DNA of 64,000 nucleotides from contig JBEIJY010000002.1 of assembly GCA_040380025.1 (NCBI GenBank), forward strand, positions 73,660 to 137,659, written 5' to 3'. The stretch comes from Bdellovibrionales bacterium. GTDB taxonomy: Bacteria > Bdellovibrionota > UBA1018 > CAIMNF01. The notes beneath the pieces are model-generated. The model was not told the origin of the DNA and did no database searches. It saw nothing but the letters and a program-made list of their open reading frames with translations. Both the position numbers and the translations under genes were made by a program. Below, one piece after another: positions 1 to 8,133 of this stretch (its first letter is position 1; every line of letters begins with the position of its first letter).

Positions 1-1
1 G

Positions 2-442
2 GGGCTCGCGGGGGTTCTGATCGGGGACTCGTTCGTGTACTACCTTGGCCACCATTTCGGCCGCCGGCTCCTGAAGAAATGGCCGTTCCGCCTGTTCATC
101 GACGAGAAAAAAATCGAATCCATCCGGGGCCAGCTGGACAAGCACGGGGCGAAGCTTCTGTTTTCGGCCCGGTTCATGCCCGGTGTCCGCTCGACGGTTT
201 TTTTCGCAACGGGGCTTCTTCATTATCCGTATCGCAAAATGCTGTTTTATGACGGACTGGCCGCGATCCTGAGTGTCCCCGCGATCGTGTACTCGGTGTA
301 TCACTTCGGGGATTTCCTCGAGTCGGTGATCAAGTGGATCAAAAAAGTGGAAGGCGGAATCGTCGGGTTGATTGTTCTGGCCCTTCTTTATGCGGCCTAC
401 AAGTTCTGGTCCTCCCGTCGTAAAAAGGAGCGGGAAACATGA
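2..442 (+). CDS. DedA/SNARE-associated family inner-membrane protein, 5' end cut by window edge
   Basis: The frame is open back to nt 2 (GLAGVLIGDSFVYYLGHHFGRR...). The product is hydrophobic and DedA-like. The stop overlaps the next start (ATGA). Confidence 0.7.
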   Translation, partial: GLAGVLIGDSFVYYLGHHFGRRLLKKWPFRLFIDEKKIESIRGQLDKHGAKLLFSARFMPGVRSTVFFATGLLHYPYRKMLFYDGLAAILSVPAIVYSVYHFGDFLESVIKWIKKVEGGIVGLIVLALLYAAYKFWSSRRKKERET

Positions 443-1326
443 TTCTCCGGATTTTGTGCGCTGTGATTTTGTTTTTGACTGCGGCGTCGGTGATGGCCGA
501 CCAGATCGAGGCCGACGTGCCTTCTTTGTGCTCGGGTCTCGACAAGGCGTTCCTGAAGCGGAACTGGGGGAACAGTCCTTGCCGCAAGATCGAGTGGAAG
601 GTTCACTCGAGCTCGGTCGCGGGGCGGCCGCTCATGTATGCCGAGTTCGGCCCGAAAAACGCCGAAAACACCACTCTTGTTTTTTCGATGGTCCACGGGG
701 ACGAGATCACGCCGCTCTATTTGGGCTTTGCGCTCGCCCGTTGGGCCGAGACCAACATGAAGTCGTTTCCCGACACGCGGCTGATTCTTGCTCCGCTCGT
801 GAATCCGGACGGATTTTTCGGCTACCCGAAGTCCCGCACGAATGCCCGCGGTGTGGATTGCAACCGGAACTTCGATACCCGCGACTGGAAGAAAAAGGCA
901 CTTGCCTCCTGGCGCAAGAACTATCGTTCTGACAAGCGGCGCTTCCCCGGGCACAAGCCCGATTCCGAGCCCGAGACGCTGTTTCAGAAGGCCCTGATCG
1001 ACCTGACCAAGCCCGACAAGATCATCTCGATCCATTCCCCGCTGAATGTCCTCGATTACGACGGGCCGGATGCGCTGAAGCTCTCGCACTTCAACGAAGA
1101 ATACATTCAAAAATGCGAGGAGCTTCGCGCGAGCGTGAAAGCGAAGTCGACCGGGTTTTTCCCCGGTTCCCTCGGCAATTATGCCGGCAATGAGCTCGGA
1201 ATCCCGACGATCACGCTGGAGCTTCCGACTGCGAATCCGAATTTTGCGAAGAAGTACTGGGAGCTGTTCCGGAAAGGGATCGAAACCGTGATCCGGTACC
1301 GGATTCCCTCGCGGGAAACCCCATGA
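439..1326 (+). CDS. M14 zinc carboxypeptidase family protein (MpaA/succinylglutamate desuccinylase-like), signal peptide
   Basis: Motifs HGDE, NPDGF and DCNRNF are present with an N-terminal signal sequence. The gene is translationally coupled to its neighbours. Confidence 0.8.
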   Translation: MILRILCAVILFLTAASVMADQIEADVPSLCSGLDKAFLKRNWGNSPCRKIEWKVHSSSVAGRPLMYAEFGPKNAENTTLVFSMVHGDEITPLYLGFALARWAETNMKSFPDTRLILAPLVNPDGFFGYPKSRTNARGVDCNRNFDTRDWKKKALASWRKNYRSDKRRFPGHKPDSEPETLFQKALIDLTKPDKIISIHSPLNVLDYDGPDALKLSHFNEEYIQKCEELRASVKAKSTGFFPGSLGNYAGNELGIPTITLELPTANPNFAKKYWELFRKGIETVIRYRIPSRETP

Positions 1327-1907
1327 AGACGCTCTTTTCGACCCGGGTGGAGCAAAAGCCGTTGGGCCTTCCGAAGTCCCTGCAGTCCGCGCTTCTGAAA
1401 ACCATCGACAAGCTCCCCGAGTTGGACCGCGCAGGAGCGGAGTGGAGCCGCAAGAATTACCGGAACGGCTACACCTCGTACGGATCTCTCTCGGATCTGC
1501 ATCTTCAGTTCAGCGTGTTCGAGCGCCTGAAAGAAAAGCTCGATCTCGCGGCCAAAAAATACGCAAACGGGCTCGGAATCCGCTTCCCCCGCGGACGACT
1601 GGAGCTCTCTGCCCTTTGGGTGAACATCATGCCGGCGAATTGCTATCACGCCTTCCACATTCATCCGAACTCGATTGTGAGCGGGACCTTTTATGTGAAA
1701 GTCCCGAAGGGCGCGGGACCGCTTCGTCTTGAGGATCCGCGCGCCTCGCTGTTCATGGCGTGTCCGCCACGAAAGATCCAAGAGGACCTGATCCCCCGGG
1801 CGGGCGAGGTGATTTTGTTCGAAAGCTGGCTCCGGCACGAGGTCCCGCCGCATTCTTGCAAAAAAGAGCGGATCAGCGTGAGCTTCAACTACGATTGGAT
1901 TCAGTAA
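1323..1907 (+). CDS. 2OG-Fe(II) oxygenase-like protein (TIGR02466/PhyH-like family)
   Basis: Carries the HAFHIHPNSIVSGTFYV double-stranded beta-helix His motif. Its ATGA overlap with the upstream gene suggests an operon dedA-M14-oxygenase. Confidence 0.6.
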   Translation: MKTLFSTRVEQKPLGLPKSLQSALLKTIDKLPELDRAGAEWSRKNYRNGYTSYGSLSDLHLQFSVFERLKEKLDLAAKKYANGLGIRFPRGRLELSALWVNIMPANCYHAFHIHPNSIVSGTFYVKVPKGAGPLRLEDPRASLFMACPPRKIQEDLIPRAGEVILFESWLRHEVPPHSCKKERISVSFNYDWIQ

Positions 1908-1911
1908 GAGT

Positions 1912-3039
1912 TCAGGGCTTCTTTTTCACAGCCGGCGGAGTCAACGAAGAATTCGGGAGGGGCTTCGCGGGAGTGGCCACCGGTTTCGGTTTTGCGGGCG
2001 CTTTTACCGGTGCGGGAGCTTTTGCCGGTGGCGGAGCCTTTACCGGAGCAGGTGACTTCACGGGAGTCGGTTCCGGCTTCGGTTCGATCAAGCGAGGGCT
2101 CGGAGGAAGCGGAACGGGTGCAATTTCTTCTTGTCCGAAGAGCGTGTACCGGATTCCCGCGATGATCCTGAGGTCTTGACCCAACGGTCCGCCGATCCTC
2201 GAAATATCCAATCCTGCAGTGGCGGAAAGGCCGTTTGAGGAGCCGTGCCGGAGCCCGAGATAAAAATCATTCGGGGCCGTGTTGTTGCTCAGGGGAACCA
2301 TGTTGATCGAGTTGATCTCGGCAGACATCCCCCATGAGTCATTGAAAGGAAGATATCCTCCAATTCCCGCGATGAACCGGCGCCGAAAGTCGATCGGCGC
2401 GTAGTTCGCACTGAAATCATAAATCGAGTTCGGGGCCGAGACGTACCCGAGATTGATGACCATCGTCCATGCCTCGAAAGTCCGCTCGAGCGTTCCGCGA
2501 AGGCCAAGATACGGAGTTCCGTCTGACACGAAGGCGCCGCTTCCCCCGGTCGCAAAGCGGACCTCAGGAATCAGGGCCACCGCGGTGTGAGAGCCATCGT
2601 TCGTGAGGCGGATTTTTCCCATGAGCTTGATGTCGCCGATGCTGGTTTCGTTCGAGTAGTCGCCGAGAGGTCCTTCGAGTGGGTTTCCCGAGAAGCTCAC
2701 ATAGTGGATGGGGACGCCGAGATAAAGCGCGAAGTTGTTCGCAAGCTTCGCACCTGCGAAGAGGTCTAGGGTCTGCAACGAATCAAGAATGGGAGCGGTG
2801 GCGGTCTGGCCCTCGGTGCCCGCCACGAGCGGGTTCGAGACAAAATTGTAGGTTGCGCCGAAATAGTACAAAGCCTTCTTCGGCCACTCCGAGCGGAACC
2901 CATCCTCGAGCAGTACGAACCGGTCCGAGGTCGATGGGTTGAATGTCTGAACGTTGATGCTCTTGATTCCCGCAAAAGCGATTCCCGGAAAAAGCAGGGA
3001 AACCAAAGCGATCCGGCGAAGAAACAAGGGAAGTCTCAT
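1912..3039 (-). CDS. outer-membrane beta-barrel-like protein with C-terminal Pro/Ala/Lys-rich (PAPVKAP-type) tail
   Basis: Signal peptide MRLPLFLRRIALVSLLFPGIAFAG. The body has an alternating beta-strand pattern. The C-terminal 60 aa are low-complexity PKPEPTPVKSPAPVKAPPPAKAPAPVKAPAKPKP. Confidence 0.6.
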   Translation of the reverse strand: MRLPLFLRRIALVSLLFPGIAFAGIKSINVQTFNPSTSDRFVLLEDGFRSEWPKKALYYFGATYNFVSNPLVAGTEGQTATAPILDSLQTLDLFAGAKLANNFALYLGVPIHYVSFSGNPLEGPLGDYSNETSIGDIKLMGKIRLTNDGSHTAVALIPEVRFATGGSGAFVSDGTPYLGLRGTLERTFEAWTMVINLGYVSAPNSIYDFSANYAPIDFRRRFIAGIGGYLPFNDSWGMSAEINSINMVPLSNNTAPNDFYLGLRHGSSNGLSATAGLDISRIGGPLGQDLRIIAGIRYTLFGQEEIAPVPLPPSPRLIEPKPEPTPVKSPAPVKAPPPAKAPAPVKAPAKPKPVATPAKPLPNSSLTPPAVKKKP

Positions 3040-3075
3040 GATTCCAGTAAAACAAAGATCATAAAGGAATGAAAC

Positions 3076-3708
3076 TCAAAAAGGCCTTTGCGGGATGCCT
3101 TGAACGGCCAGGGCCCGGTCATAATGGCGGAATGTCCCCGCACCGTCATCGAGTAGACGCCGGCCCGGGCACAAGATCGGCTCATCCGGAAAATCCAGCT
3201 CTTCCTCGGGGGTTCCGAGAAGGGCGGTCCCGTCCCCGAGCTTTTCGATCACCTCGCGCATACAGGAATCAAACCACCGCTTGTCGCGATCAGAATCAAG
3301 CTCGACCTCGGCGATTCCGCCCGGAATATACCGGTAAAATGCGGGAACCTCCCGCGACCACAACAGCGGCGGCGAGTATTTGGGCTGGTGATCGGGGTTG
3401 CCATGAGCCTTCTTGCGGAACGATACGCTGGTGTTCAAATCGACCACCTCGCCAAACGGGGTCACGACCCAAAAATGGGTGTGATCCCCCCAGCATCCCG
3501 CCCAAAGGAGCGAGAGGTTTTCCATGACCTCGACCCACGCGGCTTGGCCATAAAACACATTTGCTTGAATGCCACAATGGCGGAGGGCCTCGGTGGTCAC
3601 AGCCGAAACCAAGAGGGGATATTCCGAGCGGTCGCCCGAAATCCGGTCGGTGACCCGGGTCACGAGCCGCGAAACGGTTGCAATCAGCGGAAGGGGGGTG
3701 GAATCCAT
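3076..3708 (-). CDS. hypothetical protein with CWGDHTHFW Cys/His motif
   Basis: Protein-like composition, unlike the overlapping plus-strand ORFs. No family could be assigned from sequence alone. Confidence 0.5.
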   Translation of the reverse strand: MDSTPLPLIATVSRLVTRVTDRISGDRSEYPLLVSAVTTEALRHCGIQANVFYGQAAWVEVMENLSLLWAGCWGDHTHFWVVTPFGEVVDLNTSVSFRKKAHGNPDHQPKYSPPLLWSREVPAFYRYIPGGIAEVELDSDRDKRWFDSCMREVIEKLGDGTALLGTPEEELDFPDEPILCPGRRLLDDGAGTFRHYDRALAVQGIPQRPF

Positions 3709-3755
3709 GGCGGCACCTTACCGGAAGTGCGCGCAAGGCTCAAGCAAAGCCGGCT

Positions 3756-4010
3756 TCAGGAGGCCTGTTTCGAGAATTCTTCGGGGAACAGACGCACCAC
3801 CACATCATGGGGAAGAACCCCGAAAATCAGCTCGTGGAAGTCACCGGGGCGGAGCCCCTCGACTGCGGCTGCTTTTCCGATTCGTTCGAGGCGCTCCTTC
3901 AGCGTCGAAAAATCGACCTCTCCGCGCTCATGCTCGCACTGAAGGTAGGCTTCAAAAATTCCGTTCGCATATTGCTGTTTTAGCTGGTCGATGAAGTCGT
4001 CGCGATCCAT
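3756..4010 (-). CDS. small hypothetical protein (84 aa), possibly co-transcribed with 3076..3708
   Basis: Compact acidic/helical ORF on the same strand, 47 nt upstream of the next gene. Confidence 0.4.
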   Translation of the reverse strand: MDRDDFIDQLKQQYANGIFEAYLQCEHERGEVDFSTLKERLERIGKAAAVEGLRPGDFHELIFGVLPHDVVVRLFPEEFSKQAS

Positions 4011-4058
4011 GAATTCCCTCTCTTGAATCCTGATCGGACGAAAATCGAAATCCTTGAG

Positions 4059-4427
4059 TCAAAAAGAGGATTTTCCGTCACGAAACCGCCACAGAAAAGC
4101 GAAGCCCGCCCAGCCCGCCATCAGAAGCACTCCCCCGATTGGGGTGATCGCGCCCAAAGCCCGGATTCCTGTCAAAAGGATGCCGTACAGGCTTCCCGAA
4201 AAAATGGCGATCCCGGCAAGAAAGCAGAACCCGGGCCAGCGCTTCTGAACCCCGCTCAGGTGGAACAAAATCAATGCGATCGCATGAATGACCAGATAGT
4301 GGGTCGAAGTTTTGTAAATCTCGAGGAGGTCCTCGCTGACCCGGTCCCGAAGCCCATGTGCACCGAATGCACCCAGAGCGACGCCGATTCCGGCCAGGGC
4401 TGCGCCCAGTCTTCCAAAATGAATCAT
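4059..4427 (-). CDS. DUF423 (YgdD-like) small membrane protein
   Basis: GAFGAHGL motif and four TM helices. The gene overlaps the phhA stop region. Confidence 0.75.
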   Translation of the reverse strand: MIHFGRLGAALAGIGVALGAFGAHGLRDRVSEDLLEIYKTSTHYLVIHAIALILFHLSGVQKRWPGFCFLAGIAIFSGSLYGILLTGIRALGAITPIGGVLLMAGWAGFAFLWRFRDGKSSF

Positions 4428-6136
4428 GCCTGAAGTCCTCTTTCGATCATCTCTTTGAAGTCTTTGTTCGTGGATTTCAGATTTTCGAGGGTTTGCCGAG
4501 TGGAGGCGACGGCAGGGCTCATCGGATCGAGCCTCGAGATCAGCTCCAAAAGCTCAAGTCGCAAGAGCCAGTCTTCGGGATGGCGGGCATCGAGTTCGGT
4601 GAGAATCTTCAAAAGGGGCTCGGCCGAATTCCCGTTCTGGTCCCGACACTCCCGCACCTTCCGGTACAGCTCGTTCAAGGCCGCATTTTCGGCGGTGAGG
4701 TTGGTCTTGTGCGATTTCACCTTGGTGCCGGCGCTTCCGCGGGTCTTCATGACAAAGCTCTTGCGGTCGGCGGCTCCTCCGAACACCGAGACAATCCGCG
4801 ATGCGATGGGAACGAGTCGGGTCTCGCCCCCGGATTCGGCAATCATTCGGCCTTGAGAATCGCGGACTTCGAGGTTTTTGACCACAAGCACGAGCCCTGT
4901 CGGGCCGTGCGAGAGGACGCGAACCACGTGGCCTCGCAGAATATGGCCGGATTGAGCAAGAACCCCCGCACCTTCGAGTGCCCGGGCGATCTCGCCTGCC
5001 GGAGCGGTCCGGATCGCCTCGGGGAACAGAAAAACCGCGATTTCTTCGGGGAGCAGACCAGTTTCGGATTCCGAAATCTCGACCCCGCCCGAGGAAAGCT
5101 GCTTTGCTCCCGAGAGGGTGAATCCGGCTTCTGTTCCCTCTGTCGTAAAGAGTGGAGAGTGCAAAATTCCTGAGAGCTGAAGGCCCGAGTCGAGCACTGC
5201 GGTGACGGTGTTTTCGGCCTCGACGCCAAGGCGGAGCCCGTACGCTCCCCCGCGCCTGAATGCCATCGAGTCCGCGAATTCGTTCAGCGCCCGGGTGAGC
5301 TCCTGAAAGTCCTTTGCCACGAACAATTGCGGCTGGGGGCGCGTAATGTCGTAGGAGGTACCGATGCAGGCTGAAAGCGAGAAGGGGATTTTTTTCACCG
5401 ATGGGTCAAGGCAGTGGTAGCTCTCGCTGATCGAAGAAAGTAGACCCGCGCCGTAAATGAGGGGCTTGTCGGTCCCTTCGATCAGGCCGTATTCGGTCGT
5501 CCACCACGCCATGCGGGTCAGAAGCGCGGCCTCGGAGGGCTTGCTCTCGCGGCTCGCGAGCTCCTCGAAGCGCTGTTGGGCTTTTGCGATTTGTTCGGGC
5601 GTGGATTTGGGGTTTTCTTTGATCTCAGAGAGATCAAACACCGCTCCGTAGAGTTCGAGATCGGCCTTGGTGATGATCGCGTTCCGGGCGACCTCGCCAT
5701 AGGCCTCGAGATACGCACGGTACCCGGGGTCGGCCACGATCGGCACGTGTCCAGCCGCCTCGTGGATGATGTCGGGCGAGGGGGTGTAGCCGATGTTCTC
5801 GAGCTTCCGGATGTCGCAGGCGATCGCAAGGATGCGAAGCGATTGGAACTCCAGGAAAACGCTCGGCGGAATGAAACCGTTGATGGCGACCGCGCGCCAG
5901 CCGATTTTTTTGAGCGCTTCGTCCATTTCGGAGATCAGCGGGACGCGATCGGTGGAGATTCCGGTCTCGTCGAGGCCATGAACATAAAGCGGATGGCCGT
6001 GAACGGCGAAAAACGCCTTCGAAACGCGCATGACGTAACGCCAGACCGCGTGATCGATCGGGGTGTAAAGGGAAGGGTCCTGCTCCGTGATGTATTCCAG
6101 AAGATGCTCCGGAATCTCAGCGAGCGGTGGCCTCAT
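4424..6136 (-). CDS. phhA: aromatic amino-acid (phenylalanine-4-) hydroxylase, long form with about 270-aa C-terminal extension
   Basis: IHEAAGHVP, YGAGLLSS and iron-binding His/Glu motifs of biopterin-dependent hydroxylases are in the N-terminal 300 aa. The remainder is an unassigned domain. Confidence 0.85.
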   Translation of the reverse strand: MRPPLAEIPEHLLEYITEQDPSLYTPIDHAVWRYVMRVSKAFFAVHGHPLYVHGLDETGISTDRVPLISEMDEALKKIGWRAVAINGFIPPSVFLEFQSLRILAIACDIRKLENIGYTPSPDIIHEAAGHVPIVADPGYRAYLEAYGEVARNAIITKADLELYGAVFDLSEIKENPKSTPEQIAKAQQRFEELASRESKPSEAALLTRMAWWTTEYGLIEGTDKPLIYGAGLLSSISESYHCLDPSVKKIPFSLSACIGTSYDITRPQPQLFVAKDFQELTRALNEFADSMAFRRGGAYGLRLGVEAENTVTAVLDSGLQLSGILHSPLFTTEGTEAGFTLSGAKQLSSGGVEISESETGLLPEEIAVFLFPEAIRTAPAGEIARALEGAGVLAQSGHILRGHVVRVLSHGPTGLVLVVKNLEVRDSQGRMIAESGGETRLVPIASRIVSVFGGAADRKSFVMKTRGSAGTKVKSHKTNLTAENAALNELYRKVRECRDQNGNSAEPLLKILTELDARHPEDWLLRLELLELISRLDPMSPAVASTRQTLENLKSTNKDFKEMIERGLQA

Positions 6137-6306
6137 GAGAGTCTTTTGGTCGAATCGTGATCGTCTTTGTCGGAGCCTTCGAGGCCCTTCTTGAACGCCC
6201 CGATGCCTTTGCCGAGGGCCGAGCCGAGCTCAGGGAGCCTGCGGCTGCCGAACAGAAGCACTACAATCGCGAGAATGAGAAGATGACCGCCGCTTAATCC
6301 AAACAT
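6133..6306 (-). CDS. tatA: twin-arginine translocase subunit TatA/E (57 aa); not in supplied ORF track
   Basis: Reverse-strand translation MFGLSGGHLLILAIVVLLFGSRRLPELGSALGKGIGAFKKGLEGSDKDDHDSTKRLS gives a TM helix plus amphipathic helix typical of TatA. Its TGA overlaps the phhA ATG. Confidence 0.8.
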   Translation of the reverse strand: MFGLSGGHLLILAIVVLLFGSRRLPELGSALGKGIGAFKKGLEGSDKDDHDSTKRLS

Positions 6307-6387
6307 GTCCCTTTTTTACCTCAAAAACAGTGGATTCACCACGGGTTTTTGGGTAGAGTCGGAGCCCTTGCTCAAAGGAGAATTCCC

Positions 6388-7152
6388 ATGGAAAAACAAA
6401 AACCTTTAACGGTTGCGGCCCGCCTTGTCTCGAGACGGAACCTGACTTCGGATGTGATCGAGTTCGTGTTTCGCTCCGAGCCGGCCTTTTTGTTTAAACC
6501 GGGCCAGTTTATCAGCATTGTGGTTCCGGGGCGTGGTCCCGGAGGGCGCGATCTTCGTCGGGCGTATTCGATCGCCTCCGCGCCCGAGCTCACGCTGGAC
6601 GGTCAAAGCGCGTTCGAGCTGTGCGTGAAGCTGGTCGAGGGTGGTCCCGGTACGAGTTATCTGAATACGATTTTGCCCGGGGATTCGATCTCGGGAATGG
6701 TTCCGTTCGGGGATTTCGTGTATCACGCGAAGCCCGGACGCCATGCGATTTTCATCGCCACCGGCACCGGCATTGCCCCGTTTCGTTCGATGGTGCTCTC
6801 GAAGGTGTTCGAAGAATGCCGTCCGGCATCGGCGAAGATTCTGTTCGGTGCGCGGAGCGAGGAGGATCTTTTGTACACCGACGAGCTCGGCCACGCGATC
6901 GGCCCGGCCAATGTGATTCAGGCGCTTTCGCGTCCGGTCGGGGCGTGGGGCGGCTTCAAGGGCCGGGTGACGGACTGGCTCCGGCAGAACGAAAGTTCGA
7001 TCGCCTGGGGCGAGACTGAGTTTTATTTGTGCGGAAACGGCGCCATGATCGATGAAGTGAAGCAGATTCTGGCCGCCAAAGGAGTCGAAAAGACCTCGGT
7101 GCACCAGGAGGTGTACTATAAGCCGAAGCCGGGCGAGGCCCACGCGAACTGA
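6388..7152 (+). CDS. ferredoxin-NADP+ reductase family flavoprotein (FAD/NAD(P)-binding oxidoreductase)
   Basis: RAYSIAS FAD motif and GTGIAPF NAD(P) motif. RBS AAAGGAG lies 8 nt upstream of ATG 6388; the ORF-track start at 6349 is probably too early. Confidence 0.8.
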   Translation: MEKQKPLTVAARLVSRRNLTSDVIEFVFRSEPAFLFKPGQFISIVVPGRGPGGRDLRRAYSIASAPELTLDGQSAFELCVKLVEGGPGTSYLNTILPGDSISGMVPFGDFVYHAKPGRHAIFIATGTGIAPFRSMVLSKVFEECRPASAKILFGARSEEDLLYTDELGHAIGPANVIQALSRPVGAWGGFKGRVTDWLRQNESSIAWGETEFYLCGNGAMIDEVKQILAAKGVEKTSVHQEVYYKPKPGEAHAN

Positions 7153-7246
7153 TCATCACGCAGGGCCCTGTTTGATTGACAAGCACGCGGGGTTCTCGTT
7201 AGGGTCAAGGCTTGCGGCCACATCATACCCTGAAAGTCTCGTTTGC

Positions 7247-7336
7247 GGAGAGATGGCAGAGTGGTCGATTGCACCGGTTTTGAAAACCGGCAGACTCGTA
7301 AGGGTCTCGGGGGTTCAAATCCCTCTCTCTCCGCCA
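7247..7336 (+). tRNA. tRNA-Ser (anticodon TGA), type II with long variable arm, CCA encoded
   Basis: GGAGAGA...TCTCTCC 7-bp acceptor stem with discriminator G and CCA. Anticodon stem CCGGT/ACCGG with loop TTTGAAA. Long variable arm and a GGTTCAAATCC T-loop. Close to E. coli serT architecture. Confidence 0.9.
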
Positions 7337-7542
7337 CTTTCCCGATCGCTCCCGCCAAACCGCTCCAATCGCCCACCGATCAATTCTGGTCCGCCTCCGC
7401 GACGTCGTGTCTCGCTGATTCGGTTCTTTGGCTTGGCGTATGTGATTGATTTTCATGTTAAATTCACCAGATAAAATAAGCACTTGCAATGCGCGATGTA
7501 TTTTGTATTTACATTTTGTCATTACAATGATATCTTGATCGA

Positions 7543-7905
7543 GTGAGGGTGTCGGCATTCATCTGGGATGAACACAACAGCGATAAGTGCCTATAGCACG
7601 GTTTGAGTTTGGCCCAAATAGAGGACTTTCTATTAAGCCAACCAACCCTGATGGACGATGATCATCACTCAGGCCAAGAGCCGATATATATTGCTTTTGG
7701 TTATTTCGAAGACCGATTTTTATTCGTGGTTTTTACCTTGAGGGTGAAAGACAAAAAACTAAAGTTTCGGGTGATTAGTGCGAGATATGCGAGAGCAAAA
7801 GAAATAAAGAGGTTAGAAGCTTATGAAAAAGCAAAAAGCACAAGTCAGAAAAAGAAAGACGGAAGGCAAAGACCCATTAGATCGAGATATGTCTTTCGTG
7901 TTTAA
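7543..7905 (+). pseudogene. brnT: BrnT (DUF497) ribonuclease toxin interrupted by in-frame TAG at 7594..7596
   Basis: One frame reads ...FIWDEHNSDKCL*HGLSLAQIEDFLL...DDDHHSGQEPIYIAFGYFEDRFLFVVFTLRVKDKKLKFRVISARYARAKEIKRLEAYE. It matches the BrnT consensus (F.WD..K...N..KHG...D..HS..E.R....G....VV.T.R.....RIISAR.A). The amber codon is about five residues upstream of the HG of that motif. Confidence 0.65.
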
Positions 7906-8092
7906 CCATCCAGAAAAGTGGAAGCAATTCAGCGAGCTTTTTCAGTTCGCACCGAAAGACAAGACGATCACTCTGAGAATGAGTGCAGATCTTTTAAATC
8001 GCTACAAAGAGTTAGCGGAAAAAATGGACACAAAATACCAGAAGCTTATTCGTGAGGCTTTGCTGGAGTACCTATTGAAAAAGGCTTCGTAG
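7823..8092 (+). CDS. brnA: BrnA antitoxin (RHH/CopG-like)
   Basis: KTITLRMSADLLNRYKELAEKMDTKYQKLIREALLEYL matches the BrnA C-terminal consensus. It overlaps the brnT 3' end. The true start may be the internal ATG at 7889. Confidence 0.65.
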   Translation: MKKQKAQVRKRKTEGKDPLDRDMSFVFNHPEKWKQFSELFQFAPKDKTITLRMSADLLNRYKELAEKMDTKYQKLIREALLEYLLKKAS

Positions 8093-8133
8093 AGTTTCGA
8101 TCATTCATTTTAATCGGAATGTCCTGCACAATT

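Larger units (their letters stand above)
7337..8130. mobile_element. low-GC (roughly 40%) islet inserted at tRNA-Ser 3' end carrying brnTA toxin-antitoxin module
   Basis: There is a sharp compositional drop relative to the roughly 60% GC surroundings, in the classic position downstream of a tRNA gene. No integrase is present; it is probably a remnant. Confidence 0.5.

Noticed and set aside
1912-2180. Possible CRISPR-like or tandem DNA repeat in the GC-rich repetitive stretch
   Set aside because: The repetition is imperfect and simply encodes the Pro/Ala/Lys low-complexity tail (antisense Gly/Ala/Phe). There is no regular repeat-spacer periodicity.
7176-7205. Sigma70-like promoter (TTGACA at 7176..7181) upstream of tRNA-Ser
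   Set aside because: The -10 candidate (TTAGGG/TAGGGT) is poor. It is too uncertain to list as a feature without transcript data.
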